Assembly (NCBI GenBank): GCA_019058245.1
Contig: JAHPZJ010000008.1
Coordinates: forward strand, 1-64,000
Reading direction: 5' to 3'
From: Promethearchaeota archaeon
GTDB lineage: Archaea; Asgardarchaeota; Lokiarchaeia; Sigyniarchaeales; SOKP01
Length of the DNA stretch: 64,000 nt
Shown: piece after piece, positions 60,083 to 64,000 of the stretch
How the letters are laid out: every line of letters begins with the position of its first letter
Numbering within the stretch: position 1 is the stretch's first letter
The notes under the pieces: generated by a model
The model's database searches: none
Told to the model about the DNA's origin: nothing
What the model saw: only the letters and a program-made list of their open reading frames with translations
Program-made: the position numbers and the translations under genes

Positions 60083-61207
60083 ATGGCATTGGAAACATTA
60101 TTTAGTCCAAAAAACATTAGAAACGTTCAAATAAAAAATCGCATAGTACGAAGTGCGACTTTTACTAATACTGCAGAGAAATATGGTTATATTGGAGATA
60201 GATTCATTGAACTTTATGAGACTTTAGCTGAAGGAGGTACTGGATTAATCATTACAGAAGCAACAGCAGTCGATCCAAGTGGAACTGGAGGTCCATATCA
60301 AGCATGTTTGTATGATAATTCACATAATCCTGGACACAAAAAATTAGTTAATAAAGTTCATGAATATAGTGATACAAAAATTGCTATTCAACTTGTACAT
60401 ACAGGTCGTTTAGGTTATCATCCTAAATATCCAACAGTCGCGCCATCACCTATTCATTCAGAAAGTACAGGGATTACACCAAGAGAATTATCTACTGAAG
60501 AGATTTATGAATTCATACAAATATTTGTTGCATCTGGTATAAGAGCTTATGAATGTGGATATGATATGGTACAACTTCACGCAGCTCATGGCTATTTTCT
60601 TTGTAATTTTATATCACCTTTTACTAATAAGCGAAATGATGAATTTGGTGGTTCAATCAAAAATAGGACTAAAATTTTGATAGACATATATAATGGACTA
60701 AGAGATGAAATCGGAAAGAATTTCCCTATTTTAATAAAACTCCAAGTTGTAGATGCCATTCCAAATGGCCTAATAGAGGAAGAAGGTATTAAACTTGCGA
60801 AAAACCTCGCTGAAATGGGTTTTGATGCAATTGAACCAAGTGGAGGAGGTAGAGAATCACAGATGTTTGAAAAAAATACTTTTCCCAGTAAAGTTGTTAA
60901 AAAACCTAAAGATGAAAACTACTTCTTACCAATAGCAAAAAAAATAAAACATAATTTGAAAAATTGTGCTTTAATACTTGTAGGAGGAATTAGAAATCCC
61001 ATCTCGGCAGAAAAGATACTACAAGATAATGAGGTTGATTTTATCTCATTGAGTAGGCCTTTAATTTATGAACCAGAACTTCCTAATCGCTGGCAAATGG
61101 GTGATAATTCACCAGCGAAATGCATAAGTTGTAATTCCTGCTATACGATTATGGAAAAAGGAGTTCCTGTTTATTGTGTAACTAAAAAGAATTTAGAGAA
61201 AAAATGA
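60083..61207 (+). CDS. NADH:flavin oxidoreductase (Old Yellow Enzyme family), copy 2
   Basis: Same motifs; collinear tandem paralog. Confidence 0.93.
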   Translation: MALETLFSPKNIRNVQIKNRIVRSATFTNTAEKYGYIGDRFIELYETLAEGGTGLIITEATAVDPSGTGGPYQACLYDNSHNPGHKKLVNKVHEYSDTKIAIQLVHTGRLGYHPKYPTVAPSPIHSESTGITPRELSTEEIYEFIQIFVASGIRAYECGYDMVQLHAAHGYFLCNFISPFTNKRNDEFGGSIKNRTKILIDIYNGLRDEIGKNFPILIKLQVVDAIPNGLIEEEGIKLAKNLAEMGFDAIEPSGGGRESQMFEKNTFPSKVVKKPKDENYFLPIAKKIKHNLKNCALILVGGIRNPISAEKILQDNEVDFISLSRPLIYEPELPNRWQMGDNSPAKCISCNSCYTIMEKGVPVYCVTKKNLEKK

Positions 61208-61295
61208 AATAGGAAAACAGTTTAATAAATAATAATCAAAAAATCTTTAAATAAAACATGGTAAATTAAATTTTAGGAACAAATAAGTTAGAATT

Positions 61296-62207
61296 ATGAG
61301 CAATAATGCATATACAGACCATTTATTGCAATTTCGCTCTGTAGAGAGGAAGAGATTGATTTTATCCCTCTCAATTACTTTAATTGTTATGATTTTAGAG
61401 ATTATTGGAGGATTAGCAACAAATAGTATTGCTTTAATTAGTGATGCTGGTCATATGTTTACACATTCTTTCGCAATTGGGTTAAGTTTATTAGCAAATT
61501 TTATTGCAAGAAAACCATCATGTCATCATAAAACATTTGGTATGTATCGTGCAGAAGTTTTAGCTGCTTTTATTAATGGAATAATTCTAATTCCAATTGT
61601 AGGATTTATATTATATGAATCTATTCTAAGATTTATCAATCCTCAAGAGATTTTTGGATTTTATATGTTAATAGTGGCTTTTGTTGGTCTTGGTGTGAAT
61701 TTATCAAGCATTATTATACTTCAAGGAAGTCAAAATGTGAGTTTAAATGTTAGAAGTGTATTTTATCATATGATTGCTGATGCTGCATCATCTATAGGAA
61801 TTGTAATTGCCGCAGTTATTATTATATATACTGGATTAGTTATTCTTGATCCTATAGTAAGTATTGGGATATCAATAATTATTATTTATTGGGCATATGG
61901 AATTTTAAAAGAATCAACCCGTATTCTACTTGAGATGGCACCAAAAGGTATGAATATAAATACTATCCGGGAGGATTTAAAAAAAAATTTTCCAGAAATA
62001 ATGGATTTGTACAATGCTCATTTATGGACAATCATTCCAAATATGCTTATATATTCTGTGCATATTAAATTAAATGATCAACTGAGAGAGGCAAATCAGG
62101 AAGAACTTATTCTAAAAATGAATGACTTCCTGTCTAAAAATTATAAAATTATCGAATCAACTATACAGATTATACCGAATGATGCGGTAGAAACATGTAA
62201 TATTTGA
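61296..62207 (+). CDS. Cation diffusion facilitator (CzcD/ZitB-like metal exporter)
   Basis: SIALISDAGHM, TFGMYRAEVLAAFIN, HMIAD, HLW. Confidence 0.92.
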   Translation: MSNNAYTDHLLQFRSVERKRLILSLSITLIVMILEIIGGLATNSIALISDAGHMFTHSFAIGLSLLANFIARKPSCHHKTFGMYRAEVLAAFINGIILIPIVGFILYESILRFINPQEIFGFYMLIVAFVGLGVNLSSIIILQGSQNVSLNVRSVFYHMIADAASSIGIVIAAVIIIYTGLVILDPIVSIGISIIIIYWAYGILKESTRILLEMAPKGMNINTIREDLKKNFPEIMDLYNAHLWTIIPNMLIYSVHIKLNDQLREANQEELILKMNDFLSKNYKIIESTIQIIPNDAVETCNI

Positions 62208-62292
62208 AAGTTAATATTTCAAAAATATAAAATAAACATTTAAATACCATTTTAAACCTAAATTATTAACATAAAAACAAAATCTGATTAAA

Positions 62293-62742
62293 ATGTCTGA
62301 AAATCAAGCTTCAACTTATTTCGTAGGTGCTCTAATTACTAGCGCTGTAGGTTGGATATTACTCCTAGCAACTGATTTCGGTGGATTTAATGGATCAAAT
62401 TATTATCTTGGAGTGTATATGTACGGTGGTATAGGAGCATGGTCAGGAGTATATGGTTTACCAATTCTTTTAACTGCGTTTTGCCTCATTTATTGTACAA
62501 TTATATCTATTCTAATCCTAAGATTTCCTGAAAAAATCCCTGATAAGAAATTTGTGCAGTATGGATTTTTTTTAGCCGTCATTTCATTTATTCTTTCAAT
62601 AATTAATGGAATTGTTTTTGCTGTTGTGGCAGAAAGTGAAGGCTGGTGGTGGTGGTTTGACGCTGGTTTTTATGCGGGAGTAATAGGTGGATTATTAACT
62701 GCAATCTTATTTTATTTAGGAAAAAAATCAGTTAACTTATAA
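62293..62742 (+). CDS. Four-TM membrane protein
   Basis: Four hydrophobic segments, WWWWFDAGFYAGVIGG. Confidence 0.75.
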   Translation: MSENQASTYFVGALITSAVGWILLLATDFGGFNGSNYYLGVYMYGGIGAWSGVYGLPILLTAFCLIYCTIISILILRFPEKIPDKKFVQYGFFLAVISFILSIINGIVFAVVAESEGWWWWFDAGFYAGVIGGLLTAILFYLGKKSVNL

Positions 62743-62836
62743 TTATTCTTTTTCTTTTTTTTTGAATAATCTGATTGACTAAATTGAGATAAAATAACTT
62801 TTTTAAATTAGAAACTTTTTGTTATTCCATAAAATA

Positions 62837-64000
62837 ATGGAAAAGTATAATATGGAAAGAAGTTATAAATCAAATATTTTTAAAATCTATTTTTTTTCGT
62901 TTATTTTAGGTATTCATACAGTTAGAGCTGTGTATATTCCATTTATGATGGATTGGGGGGGACTTTCATTTTTCCAAATCATGATTTTACAAAGTTACTT
63001 TACAGCAATGATCGTTATACTTGAAATTCCTTCTGGGGCAATTGCAGATCTCTTGGGGCGAAAAATAGCATTGATTTTATCCGCCTTTTCAATTGCTAGC
63101 GCAGCATTTACCTATAGTATCATTCCTAACTTTTTTTTGTTTATGCTTGCTGAAACTTTATGGGCTTTTGGTGTTGCATTAAGTTCTGGAACGAGTGACG
63201 CTTTTGTATATTTCTCTTTAAAGTCTTATGGTAAAGAAAAGAAACTTTCTACGATTTTGGGAAGATCTCAGATGATAAATTTGATTGCATTGACAATTTC
63301 TGCACCTATAGGTTCTCTTATTGCACAATTTATCTCTTTACAATTTACAATGACATGTTTGGCAATTATATATATTGGTGCCTTGATTGTAGCTCTTACA
63401 TTTAAAGAGCCAAAACTGATAGATAATTATTATAGACAGGAGCACTATTGGAAAATAATAATTTCTGGATTTAAAGAATTGAAAAAAAATAAAATACTTA
63501 GGATTTTAGCTTTTGATTTGGTTCCAATAAATGTCTTGATATTCTTTTTATTTTGGACATATCAAGTATACTTAGAGGCTATAAACATTCCAATATTCGT
63601 TTTTGGCTTTATCTTATCTCTAATGAATATTATAAATGCGATTTTTTCCTTATTAATCCCCTTTTTATTAAAGAAATCCTCCAATAAAAGGATGTTCTTA
63701 ATTCTACTCAATTTAATAAATGGTGTAGCTTTCATCTCATTGGGATTCACTAGAATCATTCCTATCGGTATTGTTATCCTTCTATCAATTGTAGCTTTTG
63801 GGTACACAAGATATTTTATATTTGTTGATGGGATAAATTTACAAATTGAATCTGAAAATAGAGCCACAGTCCTTAGCACAATAAATATGTTTGGGAGCCT
63901 TATTAGAGCGCTTATTTATCCTTTTGTTGGACTTATCGTAGAGTGGAGTGTGTTTGCGGTTTTTATTATAATAGGAATATTAATATTAGTCTTGACAATT
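62837..64000 (+). CDS. MFS transporter (runs off window end)
   Basis: Manual translation includes LEIPSGAIADLLGRK (motif A), SSGTSDAF and ESENRATVLS; alternative ATG at 62852. Confidence 0.9.
   Translation, partial: MEKYNMERSYKSNIFKIYFFSFILGIHTVRAVYIPFMMDWGGLSFFQIMILQSYFTAMIVILEIPSGAIADLLGRKIALILSAFSIASAAFTYSIIPNFFLFMLAETLWAFGVALSSGTSDAFVYFSLKSYGKEKKLSTILGRSQMINLIALTISAPIGSLIAQFISLQFTMTCLAIIYIGALIVALTFKEPKLIDNYYRQEHYWKIIISGFKELKKNKILRILAFDLVPINVLIFFLFWTYQVYLEAINIPIFVFGFILSLMNIINAIFSLLIPFLLKKSSNKRMFLILLNLINGVAFISLGFTRIIPIGIVILLSIVAFGYTRYFIFVDGINLQIESENRATVLSTINMFGSLIRALIYPFVGLIVEWSVFAVFIIIGILILVLTI

Noticed and set aside
4362-63879. Short ORFs overlapping or antisense to larger genes (e.g. 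4362-4592, 6074-6304, 8118-8432, 18506-18802, 27299-27547, 55245-55466, 63562-63879)
   Set aside because: Shadow frames of well-supported genes with no recognisable motifs
1-64000. CRISPR arrays, rRNA, transposases, integrases, defence systems
   Set aside because: No repeat-spacer periodicity, no long GC-rich structural RNA and no matching protein motifs seen

Overview
A very AT-rich archaeal chromosomal segment. Gene content points to an Asgard archaeon, most likely Lokiarchaeia (inference): archaeal histone, Sm protein, BHB-intron tRNA, AOR, ThiDN, longin/roadblock proteins, Arf- and Rab-like GTPases, a RING-H2 protein and a JAMM protease. About 55 CDSs cover housekeeping metabolism (thiamine, aldehyde oxidation, acyl-CoA ligases, flavin oxidoreductases), transport and signalling. 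No CRISPR array, rRNA or intact mobile element was seen. Most notable: (1) a 4.3-12 kb cluster resembling a proto-vesicle-coat kit (stand-alone longin, BBS2/ITFG2-like beta-propeller, cytoplasmic protein with an apparent mu-homology domain, longin-Arf GTPase fusion); (2) two paralogous roadblock-Rab-pseudoGTPase proteins with an altered G3 motif; (3) a UEV/E2-like-JAMM fusion beside the histone; (4) tRNA-Arg(CCT) with a non-canonical 58/59 intron in a well-formed BHB motif; (5) at least two genes that appear to start at AUA behind a well-spaced SD. All family calls are by eye, without database searches.
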